A stretch of DNA of 63,657 nt, counting the filler, from Octopus bimaculoides (taxonomy: Eukaryota): assembly GCF_001194135.2 (NCBI RefSeq). It is 5 parts of 4 records of this genome, joined end to end, with 100 filler letters (N's around TTAATTAATTAA, not from the genome) between each part and the next. Parts side by side here need not be neighbours in the genome. Positions count along the whole stretch, not along the records: positions 11,062 to 34,131 come from NC_068981.1; positions 34,232 to 47,753 come from NC_069000.1; 3 more parts are not named here. One strand, given 5' to 3'. Both the position numbers and the translations under genes were made by a program. The notes beneath the pieces are model-generated. The model saw only the letters and a list, made by a program, of their open reading frames with translations. It had not been told where the DNA came from and did no database searches. Shown piece by piece: positions 25,606 to 38,315 of the stretch (positions are counted from its first letter, which is position 1; each line of letters starts with the position of its first letter).

Positions 25606-25803
25606 NNNNNNNNNNNNNNNNNNNNNNNNNNNNNNNNNNNNNNNNNNNNNNNNNNNNNNNNNNNNNNNNNNNNNNNNNNNNNNNNNNNNNNNNNNNNNNN
25701 NNNNNNNNNNNNNNNNNNNNNNNNNNNNNNNNNNNNNNNNNNNNNNNNNNNNNNNNNNNNNNNNNNNNNNNNNNNNNNNNNNNNNNNNNNNNNNNNNNNN
25801 NNN

Positions 25804-25879
<76 letters not shown>

Positions 25880-26917
25880 TACATATATTTCTTTTTTCTC
25901 GATTAATATAGAATAGTGGAGACATTGTGCATTCTTCAAACCTATGGGTATCGTCTGTACTTTCTATAAATTCAAGTAATATGCAATACCCATATCAATA
26001 AACTATGCATTCCTATACTTTTAAAACTCATGTCACTCATTAAAACTATTAAATAATCGATCCCTTCTGTTATTTGTATATATTGGAATAACTGCATAAA
26101 TATATACATATAGTCCGAGACTTAGGCACTCAACCATGTAAATATAATTATATATTTAATATAGTATTTGTATACAATAATATAAATAATATTATGAGGA
26201 GCATATCGAACACTAATTGTTAATGTGTTTATGTATTGAAAATTACAATATATGTCACAAATATGAAGTTGGTTACACTGTGTTTGAGGGAGAAATGCTT
26301 AATGAGATTTGAATTAAACTTAGATATGGTTAGTGCTGCTCTTTTTATTTGTAACTAATAGATGAAACAGGGGGGGTGACAATGCAAAAGTGAGAGTATA
26401 TTTAAAGTTTATGAATGTTTATGTGCACACACACATACATACATACACACCCACACACACACAGATATGCACGCACACACGCACGCATTTATATACGTGT
26501 GTGTGGGTAGAAATATAGAAATATTAAATACAAGGAACGTTAACAGAAAATAATTAACAGATATAGTAAAAAAATTACAAAATGAGCTATGACAGAGTCG
26601 AACTCGTATCCCATGACTCCTTATGACAAAACAAATCCAATTTTCTGTACTATCGTCAATTAATTCTCAATTTACGTTCGATTTGGGAGTAAGTGGCATG
26701 GATGTTAAATGTACAGAGAATTAAAATAAAAACGTTGAAAGTATATAAAAATGCTTTAGCACACGCAGACAGACGTATAAGAATAATTTTCTCCACTTTT
26801 AAATTGGCACACACACACACACACACAGATATATATATATATATATATATATATAAACAATATATGAGTATATGCATATATATGTACATACGTTCATCCA
26901 CATGTACATATAAATAC

Positions 26918-26949
<32 letters not shown>

Positions 26950-27644
26950 GCGTGTGTATTCATATATTTTTGTGTGGGTGAGAGTGAGCGTGTGTATTTG
27001 TGCCCTTAGTATATATGTTTCTGAGTAAGATAATGTAAATAAGCCAACATACTTTTTTTTCTTTTCAATCATTTCGTTTTGAATAAATATTATCATATAG
27101 GGAAAGAAAAGAATGAATGGTCAAAGAGTATCCCCAGACAGAGCTCGAAACAGTTACATGCTGCTTCACTATTTATTAGCTACAAATTACATCACTCCTC
27201 CATAGTCTTTATTGATCAGGTGCATGTGAGAACATATGTGTGCGTGTGTCTGCAATGTTGAAGTAGACTAGCTACGCCATTTAACCTTTATAAAATGTTC
27301 ATTCACACGTGTCATGAAACCACGTATGCATGCATTGCTATTATGTAAACACACAGAGGATTAGAATTGTCGTATTGGTATGTTTAAGTTGCAGTAATTG
27401 CATATTAGTTTTAGTTTGGTCTTGTAATTTACTTAGCATTTTAAAAGATTTAGCTTATAAAATATAGTTGTTTTGACCAGATAGAGAGACATATATTAAA
27501 GAGAGAGGTGTAGTTTTTAATTTTAAATACATTTTATTTTCCCATATTTTCGTATATTTCTAATTGAATTTATTGTGAGTCTTTGAATGTTTTTACTTTT
27601 TCATTATAATTTCTCTTCTGTTATTTATTGGAGATGCTTCATCA

Positions 27645-27840
27645 TTATTATGATGGGTGAATCGGTAGAGGGGTAGACACGTATTGTATTTAGTTAACTC
27701 ACTTCATATTCTGAGTTCAAATTCCGCCAGTATCAACTTTGAATTTCACCTTTCTGGAATCAATAAAATAGTGTACCAATGAATAACCGGGATCCTCACA
27801 TTCTAAATTTCTGTCATTGTGTCAAGGTTGGAAAAAATTA
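27645..27840 (+). mobile_element. SINE family C, old diverged copy
   Basis: ttctgagttcaaattccgccagtatcaactttgaatttcacctttctggaatcaataaaatagtgtacca. Confidence 0.65.
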
Positions 27841-27906
27841 TTATAACTAGTGGGACTGTTGTTCATCCTGGTGTTGTTGATACCTATTGTTGCTGGTGTG
27901 GGATAG

Positions 27907-27940
<34 letters not shown>

Positions 27941-28260
27941 ACACATTGCTTTGGACGTAGGACTCAAAACCTTGATGATGTAGGGACACCGATGAGAGAT
28001 ACGGCGCGTCTTGGGTAATTGTAAAGATTGACCACTGCTAGTCCTTCCAGAATAGAGATAGTCAGACAGATAGAACGAAACAGGTGGAGAAGGAGAAATT
28101 CTATCCCAGAACTTTATTTGTCGACTCTAACAGAATGTAAGGTAAAATTTGATATCGGCGAGACTTAAATTCTTAGCATAGTGAGTTGAAACTTTTACCC
28201 AAAGCAATCAATATGAAATGCTGAAAACATTGTCAGTCAGTATTTCATGTATGTATGTAT

Positions 28261-28500
28261 GTGCACCCACCTACGAATTAACAAGTGTTTCTCTAATTGT
28301 ATCACTTCCTTCGTTCTGCTCTATAGAATTGAATACATGCGTTTATATGAGTGTATGGGTCTGCACTGTTATATTTGTCAAGTAATATGAGAGACGATAA
28401 TTACTTCCATCTTACAAACGTCATACAATATATTGTGGGAAGCTTGAATCCTACACAATCGCTCTTACAATCATGCATGTTAACCGAAGATAGAAATACA
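28261..28500. repeat. Unclassified ~240 bp direct repeat, copy 1
   Basis: Shares aacaagtgtttctctaatt, caagtaatatg, cttccatcttacaaacg, cttgaatcctacaca and catgcatgttaacc with 29521-29758. Confidence 0.8.
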
Positions 28501-29475
28501 GAAATAGATAAATAGATAGATAGATAGATAGATAGAGAGAAAGAGAGAGAGAGAGAGAGAGAAGGGGGAGGGAGGGAGGGAGGGAGAAGGGAATAGAGTG
28601 GTATAGACACTATTCACATTATCTATCCATGCCTCATAATGTACTAAATGCCTGCCTTCAGCCAATATTATTTGGTTAATCTAAGCAATTACTCCATGTT
28701 ACGAAAGGTTTCACCTGAATACACAGTATGAAAGCAAATTACAACAGCGTTGATACGCAGACTTAAAAGTGCCCTTTATTAATTATTATCTTCAGATAAT
28801 CCTGCATTATCTAGTAACATAAGCTGCAGACAGTTGGCATTCTCTATTAATAACAAAAGTTTTAAAATGACCAAATGACACAGTGATCAGTGGATGAGCT
28901 GTGATTGGTCGAGTCATCAAGATGTAGAGTTGGTGGTGGAGGTGGAGAACGTGGTAGGATAAAGTGTTAAATCTAACTTTCTGTGAATTATAACTCTTAG
29001 AGGAGAAATTTCCTATGCATCCACATATGCATATATATATATATATATACATAGATATACACTTAGTGCATATGCGTTTTTTGAGATACATTTCTTCGCT
29101 GTATGGACGAATTTGTAGAAAAAGAGCTCAATATTAAACTGCTTAATAGACATTCAAATTGGCCATTTAAATATTTCTCCTTGAATTAGCAAATGTACTC
29201 AAATGCATTGATGTACAGACTAACATAACATACACACACATGTATTAACAAAATATTATTTTTTAGCTAAGAAAAGTGTAAGCACACATGTAAAAGAACA
29301 TATATAAAAACATCAAGGTGTCACTATATCGATCAAATTATTGGGTCTTGCCATTCATCACTAGTCACAATGCACTTCGCTTTGTTTTAGCTTATGAATG
29401 ACGCCACCTCTCTGGTTAGGCGAGCTGACCAACGTTCCCCTTGATCGGGAGGCTATTCCATCCCAGGATTACCCA

Positions 29476-29520
<45 letters not shown>

Positions 29521-29522
<2 letters not shown>

Positions 29523-29758
29523 ACGCGCATATGAACTAACAAGTGTTTCTCTAATTACATAATTTTTTGGTTCTCATGCCTATAGAGTTGTATGTATGTT
29601 GTATTTATTTGGGTGGTTGTGTCTGCGTTGTTATATTTATCAAGTAATATGGTAGATAATGCCTTCCATCTTACAAACGACACACAATGTATTGAGCGAG
29701 TCTTGAATCCTACACAAATGCTCTTACAAACATGCATGTTAACCAAAAAAATACAGAT
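29521..29758. repeat. Unclassified ~240 bp direct repeat, copy 2
   Basis: Same conserved blocks as 28261-28500, in the same order. Confidence 0.8.
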
Positions 29759-30149
29759 TAGAATGGAGCCACGTGAAATGAACACAGCGCGCTGCCCGGT
29801 CCAGGAATCGAAACCTATGATCTAGCGATCATGAATGCAATACCCTAACCACAAGGCCATATAAAAAAAAAACATAAACATGTAAATATAAGAAGTAAAA
29901 AAATAATACTATTACATATATAAAATACACAGGTGAAAATTATGTATTTATATGTATTAGGAGAAAGGATGATAAGAATGAGCAAGTGGTACTGGAGTAA
30001 GAGAGGGAGAAATAATTTAGTATGAGTTCGCGTGGTGAGAAACGAAATGAAATGTAACCATGGCATACAGAAACAAAGTGAAGTGTCCCCATGACTGTGT
30101 TATATTTGTACCTGATACATATGTCCAACACTATCTCGCTATATTATTA

Positions 30150-30566
30150 TATTCTTTTACTTTTTTACTTCTTTCAGGCATTTGAGTGCAGCCATGCTGG
30201 GACACCACCCTAAAGAGCTTCTAGTAAAACAAATCGACCCCAGGATTTATTCATAAACCTAGTACTTATTCTATCGGCCTTTTTTTTTGCCAAACTGCTA
30301 AGTTATAAGGACATAAACACGCCAGAATCGGGTGCCAAGCGATGGCAGGTGGGGGGGGGGCAAACAAACACACACACAAACACACACACGTATATACACA
30401 CACGACAGGCTCCTTCCAGTTTCCGCCTACCAAATCCACTCACAAGGCTTTGGTCAGCGCGAGGCTATAGCAGAAGCCACTTGCCTAAGGTGTCACGCAG
30501 TGGGACTGAACTCGGAACCATGTGGTTGGGAAGCAAGTTTCTTACCACACAGCCACGCCTGCACCT
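30150..30566 (-). mobile_element. SINE family A, full length
   Basis: Reverse complement of head, core, microsatellite and tail. Confidence 0.9.
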
Positions 30567-31499
30567 ATGTGAATTTATATATATATATTTAAACGTATTT
30601 TTCAACTTGCTTTTTGATTTTATATACATCTTACATACATTTTAAATGTATAGTTTTATAAGTGTGCCTCTATGCTTTTGTGTGCCTCTATGCTTTATAA
30701 ATAGCAGCACATGCACTTGTATGTGTTTCAGAGTATAGCTGAACATGGCTTGCATTGTTGGATATGCTTGTATTTATACCTACGTGAATGCGTGCACGTG
30801 AATATGCATACGTGTGCATGTAAATGTAAACGGCTGTATCAACCTACGAAACAATGATTATGTTTGTGTAAGTTAGTATGTAAATGCGCATATGTGGGCG
30901 TTATCTGTCTATGTGCGCGTTCGTGTGTTTGTTTGTTTGTTTGTGTGTGCGCATGTGCGCGTGCATTTGCGTGCGTGCGAGCGTGTAGCTACATGTGTAG
31001 TAAACACATGTATGTTTATATATGTATCTACACGTGCCTCCATCTTTGTATGTAATTATACCTATACATCTATGCCTGAATGAGAGTGCGTGTGCGTGAG
31101 TATAAATGTGTATTCAATTGATTTATTATTTATTATTTATTCAATTCAGCAATACCTTTTTAAAAAAAAAAATAGTGAAAAATAAGAACAGACTAAAAGA
31201 GTCGGGAGTGGCAAAGGACAAAATCAGCCTCGAGACATGTTCTTAGTAATTTTCAGTTAAAATAAACCTAGACCGCTCTTTCAATACCATTAAATCGATC
31301 GTGAATGGCGCCTATTTAACATGCCTTGGGTTAAATAATAGAGGGAACAAATGCAGAAAAAATACAGAAAATATAACAAATACAAATAAAAACCATTAAT
31401 TTTTTTAAAAATGTAGAATATAGCAACTCAGAAAGATTCGGAGAATCTGGGATAATATATAGCTTCAATCTGAAAATTTACTCTTATTCCTAGTCCGTT

Positions 31500-31820
31500 G
31501 TATTACCATCGTAAATATGGCGGCTATTGCAGAAAGACAAGATCATGTCCTATGGCCTAATAACTAGCTAGTTAGCTTGCCAGCTAACCAGCCAATCAGC
31601 CTGCTCGGTAAACACGCAAGAGAAAAACACACATCTAGAAAAAAGAGGATTAAACCAGGTACACATTTCTTTTTTCTTTTCTTTACTCATTTATTTTTTT
31701 TTAATGTTTTATGGTTTGGTTTAGATGAGGACTGCCATATATCCCCCGCCCCCGGCTCAGTTTCAAACCCTTCTTTTGGATAACTTCTTAAGAATCCTTG
31801 CAACGGCGCCCTCTGGTCTT
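31500..31820. promoter_or_regulatory. Cluster of YY1-, NF-Y-, Sp1- and CTCF-like motifs (candidate promoter/insulator)
   Basis: AATATGGCGGC 31514-31524; AGCCAATCAG 31590-31599; CCCCGCCCC 31744-31752; GCGCCCTCTGGT 31806-31817. Confidence 0.3.
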
Positions 31821-31920
31821 CACATTTGTCACCATTAACGATAATAAAAATTCATGTACCAATTTTGCCTTCCATACCACTATAACATTTTTGGCGAAAT
31901 AATCGTTGCAGAGGGAGGGT

Positions 31921-32008
31921 AATAGCAGCAGCGGCAGCGACAGCAGCAGTAGCAGTAGTAGCAGCAGCAGCAGCAGCAACTGCAGTAGTAGTAGTATTTC
32001 AAGTAGTA
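31921..32008. repeat. (CAG/TAG)n compound trinucleotide repeat
   Basis: Direct reading. Confidence 0.9.
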
Positions 32009-32110
32009 ACAACGGGATCTTTGTGCACACGTGTTTGTGTACTGTACATGTTCTCTCTTTCTTTCTCTTGCGTCTGTGTATGTAAATGTGCGTGCACGCG
32101 TGTATATGTA

Positions 32111-32418
32111 TATGCATATATTGTTATATCTATGTATGTATTGATATATGTATATACAAATTGGTGTTACGTTTTGTATAATCATTTAAGTTTTAGATAT
32201 GCGTTGGCTGAAACCTATAGATTTCTTCTATACATTACAGTATTAAAACTATATATTTAATGTCTGCCTATGTGCATATAATGTTATATCTATGTATGTA
32301 TTGATGTATGTATATACATATTGCTGTTACATTTAGTATAATCATTTAAATTTTAACTTAGACATGCGCTGGCTGAAACCTATAGATTTCTTCTACTGTA
32401 CATTACAATATTAAAACT
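32111..32418. repeat. Local tandem duplication, ~160 bp unit x2
   Basis: gttatatctatgtatgtattgat...tggctgaaacctatagatttcttcta...tattaaaact occurs twice. Confidence 0.85.
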
Positions 32419-33021
32419 GAATACAAACGAAGTTTTATATATACATACATGTATGTGTGCGTGTGTGCGTGTGTGCGTCTATACACATACATACATACAT
32501 ATTCGTTTTCTTTTCGTGTATACTTAACCACATATACAAACTCACACTCACACGACACACATACACGAATACACACTGAAATACACAGCCACAAACACAC
32601 TCGTGTATCACTGTGCATTTAATATCTGTTTAAATATGTATGGATGAATTATTTTCTGCAGTACTAAAAGAAACGAAATTGATTGAAGAAGCAGAAAGAA
32701 TAAATGCTAAGTCGAAATCAAATACAAATAAGACATATGAAGCATTATTCAAGAAATATTCAAACGCATTTATAAGATTAAACTATATCATAGGAGTAAA
32801 GAAAATACGCAACGAGGAGAGAGAAGAAGAGAAAGAGAGAGAGGGAGAGAGAAAGAGAGAGAAGGAAAAACAGAAAGAGATAGAGAGGTGGACAGAGATG
32901 GGGGAAGCGTTGGAGAAAGAGATGTATACTCTATGTATTTGAAGTTACGTATAACGACGATCCGAAATGTTAACTTAGAGAATTTAGAAATGAGAGGAGG
33001 TAGTCTGTATGCGTAAATTAT

Positions 33022-33205
33022 TTTATTCTTTTATTTGTTTCAATCATTAGGCTGCGGCCATATTGAAGCACCGCCCCCAGAACTTACTCTTTGTAAGCCT
33101 AGTACTTATTCTATCGGTCTCTTTTGCTGAACAGTTAGCATAGGGGGACGTAAGCACACCAACACCGGCTGTCAAGCGATGGCGTGGGGACAAAAACAGA
33201 CGCAT

Positions 33206-33266
<61 letters not shown>

Positions 33267-33415
33267 CACACACAAACAATCATACGACGGGCTTCTTGCA
33301 GTTTCTCTCTAGCAAATCCATTCAAAAGGATTTGGTCGGCCCGAGGATTTAGTAGAATACACATGGAACATGTGATTGGTAAGTAAGCTACTTACAACAC
33401 TCCGACTCCTGCGCC
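33022..33415 (-). mobile_element. SINE family A, full length, diverged head
   Basis: Reverse complement of family A structure. Confidence 0.85.
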
Positions 33416-33623
33416 AGTATGCATTAATGTGTCTGTGTATTGCATTTATGTATATGTATACATAAGATATGTATAAATATATACATACATGTGTATATAC
33501 GTGTGTATATAGACACATATATATATAAACACACAAACACGAACATATATACAGAGGGAGAGAGAGAGAGAGAGGGAGAGAGAGAGAGAGAGAGAGAGGA
33601 AAGTAGTGGCATAGATAGATTGA

Positions 33624-33663
<40 letters not shown>

Positions 33664-33726
33664 TATATATATATATAGATATGTATATGCATATATATAC
33701 ATGTATAGATATATATATATATAGGC

Positions 33727-33769
<43 letters not shown>

Positions 33770-34032
33770 TGCATATATATACATATATCGATATATATAT
33801 ATATGGATATATATACATATATAGATATATATACGAGATTTTGTGTAAGGTGGCTAGTGATCGATTAGTGTTTATTTTATTGTCCCTCAGAACGATGAAA
33901 TGCAAACTCTGCCTCAGCAGATTTCTTTGAACCCAGAAAGTAAAGCCAGAGGAAGTGTTGGCATTTTGAACGGCATGTTAACGATTGTACTAGCTAGACC
34001 GCTCAACTATTTAACTACATACATATGCATAA

Positions 34033-34075
<43 letters not shown>

Positions 34076-34083
34076 TACATACA

Positions 34084-34131
<48 letters not shown>

Positions 34132-34352
34132 NNNNNNNNNNNNNNNNNNNNNNNNNNNNNNNNNNNNNNNNNNNNTTAATTAATTAANNNNNNNNNNNNN
34201 NNNNNNNNNNNNNNNNNNNNNNNNNNNNNNNTTTTTTTCTAAATATACGGAAAAATACGGACATTATGATTCAGACTAAACAATTTCAAAACATTTCTGT
34301 AGTTACGATTAGGGTTAGGGTATTTGGAAAAGAAATTTTTTTAAATAGCCAT

Positions 34353-34590
34353 AGGCGTAGGAGTGACTATGTGGTAAGTAGCTTGCTTACGAACCACATG
34401 GTTCCGGGTTCAGTCCCACTGCGTGGCACCTTGGGCAAGTGTCTTCTACTATAGCCTCGGGCCGACCAAAGCCTTGTGAGTAGACTTGGTAGACGGAAAC
34501 TGAAAGAAGCCCGTCGTATATATGTATATATATATACGTGTGCGTGTATGTTTGTGTCTGTGTTTGTCCCCCATCATCGCTTGACAACCG
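34353..34590 (+). mobile_element. SINE family A, 5' half
   Basis: aggcgtaggagtgactatgtggtaag...gaagcccgtcg(TA)n...cgcttgacaaccg. Confidence 0.9.
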
Positions 34591-35661
34591 TTTCAATTAA
34601 TATTCAATTTGTACATTAAATTTGCATTTAAGTGACATGAGCATAATTTCATCAAAGAAAGATGTACCTCAAAATGTTATATGTGGACCTATCAATTCAT
34701 TGCAGCACATAATGTATACTTAGGAGTTTTAACATGTTTTTACTGTTAAATTCAGGTATATATTTATATATAAATGTTTTTAGAATTTCAGTATTTTACT
34801 CTTGAATTTGTTTTTTAAATGCTAACTGTATTTGAAACTGATGCATTTTCGTTTTCATGTTGCAATAAACTCAGGCAATTTATTATATTTAATTTAAAGT
34901 TAGCTTTACTACATTAAGATGTTGAAAGTTCACGTTTCTTTTACTGTACTTCTCTCTCAATATATATATAGTTAAAAGAAGAAAAGAAAATGGAAATAAG
35001 TTAACTATTATTTATTGCAACATGAAAACGAATATCTTTGAAGACACAAAACACAGGCATTCTTTCAAAGAATGCCAGAAACTTTACATGAGTGCGCGCG
35101 AGAATGCTTGATAAATATGAAGTTATTTCTCACAAAAGGATTTAAAATAGTAAAGGAATAACTTACAGTGTAGAGAACAGCGTGTATATAAGTGTATACG
35201 CAATAGTTATAAATGCTTGTTTCAAATTAAACAGATTTCTTGGAAACTGTTTTTGTTTTTGTTATTAGTGCACTTCCTTTCAATTGCGCATGCTCAACAA
35301 AGCAGATCTTGGAACCTATTGTTTGAGACCGTACTTTAATTTTTTTAAAATCTAATACAATTAAAATTAACGAATTGAATGTTTGATATATTCACATTAA
35401 ATTTCAAGCAGAATGTCGGATAACAGATGATATGTCGCCATTTTAGCTTTGGAATTTAATATCTACTTTGAAGGAAGCAGTATTTTCATCTTTATCACCA
35501 CGTGCATATGTGACAGCTTTTATATGGTCTCATCGCCTGCTAGGCATAGCAGCTAAATTCTCTCTCATTGCACTAACGTCTTAAAACAGGTAAGAAAATA
35601 CGAGATAATATAGTCTTAGAAACACTAAATAACATTAAATAATAGGTCTGCTCGATTAGAG

Positions 35662-36317
35662 GGTCATGACCCAGTGGGAAAAAAAAAAAAAAATTCTAAT
35701 AGGTGTGCAAGAACTTGCTGCGAACAAATATGAAGAAAAAAGCGCGCGCTCGCGAACGGGATGGGTGGGGAGAGGCCTCGGAACATTCACATCCTGAATG
35801 TTCCGAGACGCCTCACCGGAGCCAAGAAACAAAAGAGAAATAGTGTAATAGATGTAAAACGACTTGCTCTGAACGAATATGAAAAAAAAAATGTGCTCCC
35901 GCGAAAGGCGGGGTGGGAAGAGGACTCGGAACATTCACATCGTCACACATCACACAGACACACACACACACATTCACAGACAAACACACACACACTCACT
36001 GTGTGTGATGTGTGACGATGTGAATGTTCCGAGTCCTCTCCCCACCCCCGCCTTTCGCGGGAGCGCATTTTTTTTTTTTTCATATTCGTTCAGAGCAAGT
36101 CGTTTTACATCTATTACACTATTTTTCTTTTGTTTTTTGGCTCCGGTGAGGCGTCTCGGAACATTCAGGATGTAAATGTTCCGAGGCCTCTCCGCACCCC
36201 ACCCCCGTTCGCGAGCGCGCGTTTTTTTCTTCATATTCGTTCGCAGCAAGTTGTTTTACACCTATTAGAATATTTTATTTTTTTATTTCCCACCGGGTCA
36301 AACCCTTTAGTTTGACC
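35662..36317. mobile_element. 656 bp foldback MITE with GG...CC termini and 8 bp TSD (Merlin-like)
   Basis: GATTAGAG at 35654-35661 and 36318-36325; termini GGTCA/TGACC; ~300 bp arms nearly fully complementary around a ~45 bp CA-rich spacer. Confidence 0.85.
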
Positions 36318-36989
36318 GATTAGAGCTGACCTGGGGTTAAACAATAGCTGCATTATTACCACCACAAGCCATTGAGATGAAGAAATGCTCTAAGTGATCG
36401 TCTTAAAAACAGCAAAATGTAGTCATCGATATATAATTTTACAGAATGGTCACAGTCGGCACGTCTGCTCATTTAGCACTGACCTTTATTGTTGTAATGA
36501 TACGAAACTAAATGTACTGAGTTTCACATTGTTAAATATGTTGTCGCGGATAAAAGGTAGTCAGCTTGGTGGCTGAGGGGGACGGCAGTTGAGTAGACAA
36601 TCATGCACTCTGAATCACGTTATTGTAGTGCTTGCATGCATTCGTTCACAATTTCCACATGCACGCTTGACAGCATCTGCATTTCGGGAAAGCGAGATGT
36701 CGCCATAGTATTGTTGTTTTTCTTGTGCACCGTATGATTTGGTTAGGGGCACAACATGCACTATGTAGCCGATATAACAATAAATAGACTTGTATATAAA
36801 TTTGTAGCAATGCCATCAACTAAACGTGTAGTCCGTGTGTATGTGTATTCTTTCCATTTGTCTCTGTGTCTCCTTTTCATTGTCCTTTTGTTTTGTGTCA
36901 CGTCGCGTTCACTGACGATGTTGGTACATTGTTTAGTAATGTCTAATGATAATAATGTGCTGGTAATGCGATTAGTTTTGATTAGATAT

Positions 36990-38315
36990 ATTTATCTTGT
37001 ACTTTTTCTTTTAGTCGACATATATCCAATGTTGCAAATGCTTCATTTCGCATGCTTGAAATTTGTATGCTGTGGTAGGGATCACAGTTCTCTTCTTTTG
37101 AGTCAGTATGAGCCTTGTTGCTTGATTCTAGATCGTGGAATTTTTTGTGTGCTCTTTTTCCATCTTGTTCCGTTGACGACAGAATTTTTTCCGGTGTCTT
37201 TTTTGTTGCAGAAGTTGCAGGACTTTTATGCTGGGCACTTTCTTCATCCAGATTAACTGACCAGTGTCCTGCCTTTGCATCTAGGTTGCTGAAACGCTAG
37301 AACCAGCAAACTGAGGGTTCAACTCTTCCACTGTTGGGATTTTGTGAGGGCACCTTTTCAGTGCTTGATTAAGTTTTTGTGGGTTGATACAGATGCGAAG
37401 TGATCCAGCATTTTTAACAGAATATGCTTTGCTTGAAAACCAATCTGTACGTTGTTTCACAGGCTTGATGACCCCCCATTTCTTCCATCTTCTGGAGTTC
37501 AATATTGAGCTTATTTTTCAGGTGAACTAAGCATTTGCGAGGTGTATCAATGAAGGGTTCCGACCCTGCTTTTATGTACAGTTGTGTGGGTTCTTTGAAG
37601 TTGCTCAGGCTCTTGAAAAAAGTTGGGTATGTTTCTTTCAGGCCTTCGATTGTTGTGACATCAGGAGTTGAATCTATGACATGATCACAGTGTATTGTTA
37701 TTAAGAAACGCAGCTGCTCACAACCTCCTGGGCCCCATTTGGAAGATACTGTTGGACTAGATTGCCATTGGGTTTAAAGATATCTCATATCTTTCAAGCT
37801 ACAATGGACAAAATCATTGAAGATCTCCCAGGGGTTGTTGGAATAAATGATAACATTGCTGTCCATGGCAAAGATGAAGAAGAGCATGACAGAAATCTAC
37901 AAAGACTTATGGAAAAAGCAAAGGAATCTGGATTGGTATTCAACTCGGACAATTGCCACATTTGTCAACCTGAAATCTCTTTCTTTGGAAATATTTATTC
38001 CAAAGATAGCACTAGGTCAGACCCAGCAAGGAAGGGCTGCAAAAAAGAAAAATATACCATTTGAGTTGTCTGAAGACCACATACACTGCTTTGAAAAAAT
38101 TAAAGCAACCATTTCAGGGAAATCAAACCTCAGATTCTTTGACCCAAAGAAACCAACAGGACTTGAGGTAGATAGCTCTTTGAAAGAACTCAGAAAAGCT
38201 ATTGTACAAGATGGCAAACCTGTGGAATTTGCATCAAAAGCCCTTGACAGAACTCAGTCAAACTACCCAAACATCGATCATGAAATGCTGGCTGTGGTAT
38301 TCAGAATTATCTGTT
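36990..38315. mobile_element. Rearranged, decayed Ty3/Gypsy LTR retrotransposon (gag knuckle, RT, RNase H)
   Basis: Minus strand: CNFCNKKGH..FC knuckle (frameshifted); GVIKPV..TDW..LRICINP..LNQALKR..IPTVEE; FSNLDAKAGHWSV. Plus strand: PFGRYCWTRLP; IFQATMD; INDNIAVHG; PVEFASKAL; EMLAVVF. Confidence 0.9.

Noticed and set aside
31788-32185. Poly-L / poly-C / potential polyQ ORFs
   Set aside because: Arise from the CAG/TAG repeat with in-frame TAG stops; no flanking coding context
32640-32942. 100 aa ATG ORF (MDELFSAVLK...)
   Set aside because: AT-rich composition, C-terminal half is an (AG)n tract, and I recognise no domain
36756-37256. 166 aa hydrophobic ORF
   Set aside because: Partly antisense to the inverted Gypsy gag/protease segment; TTG start, no recognisable domain
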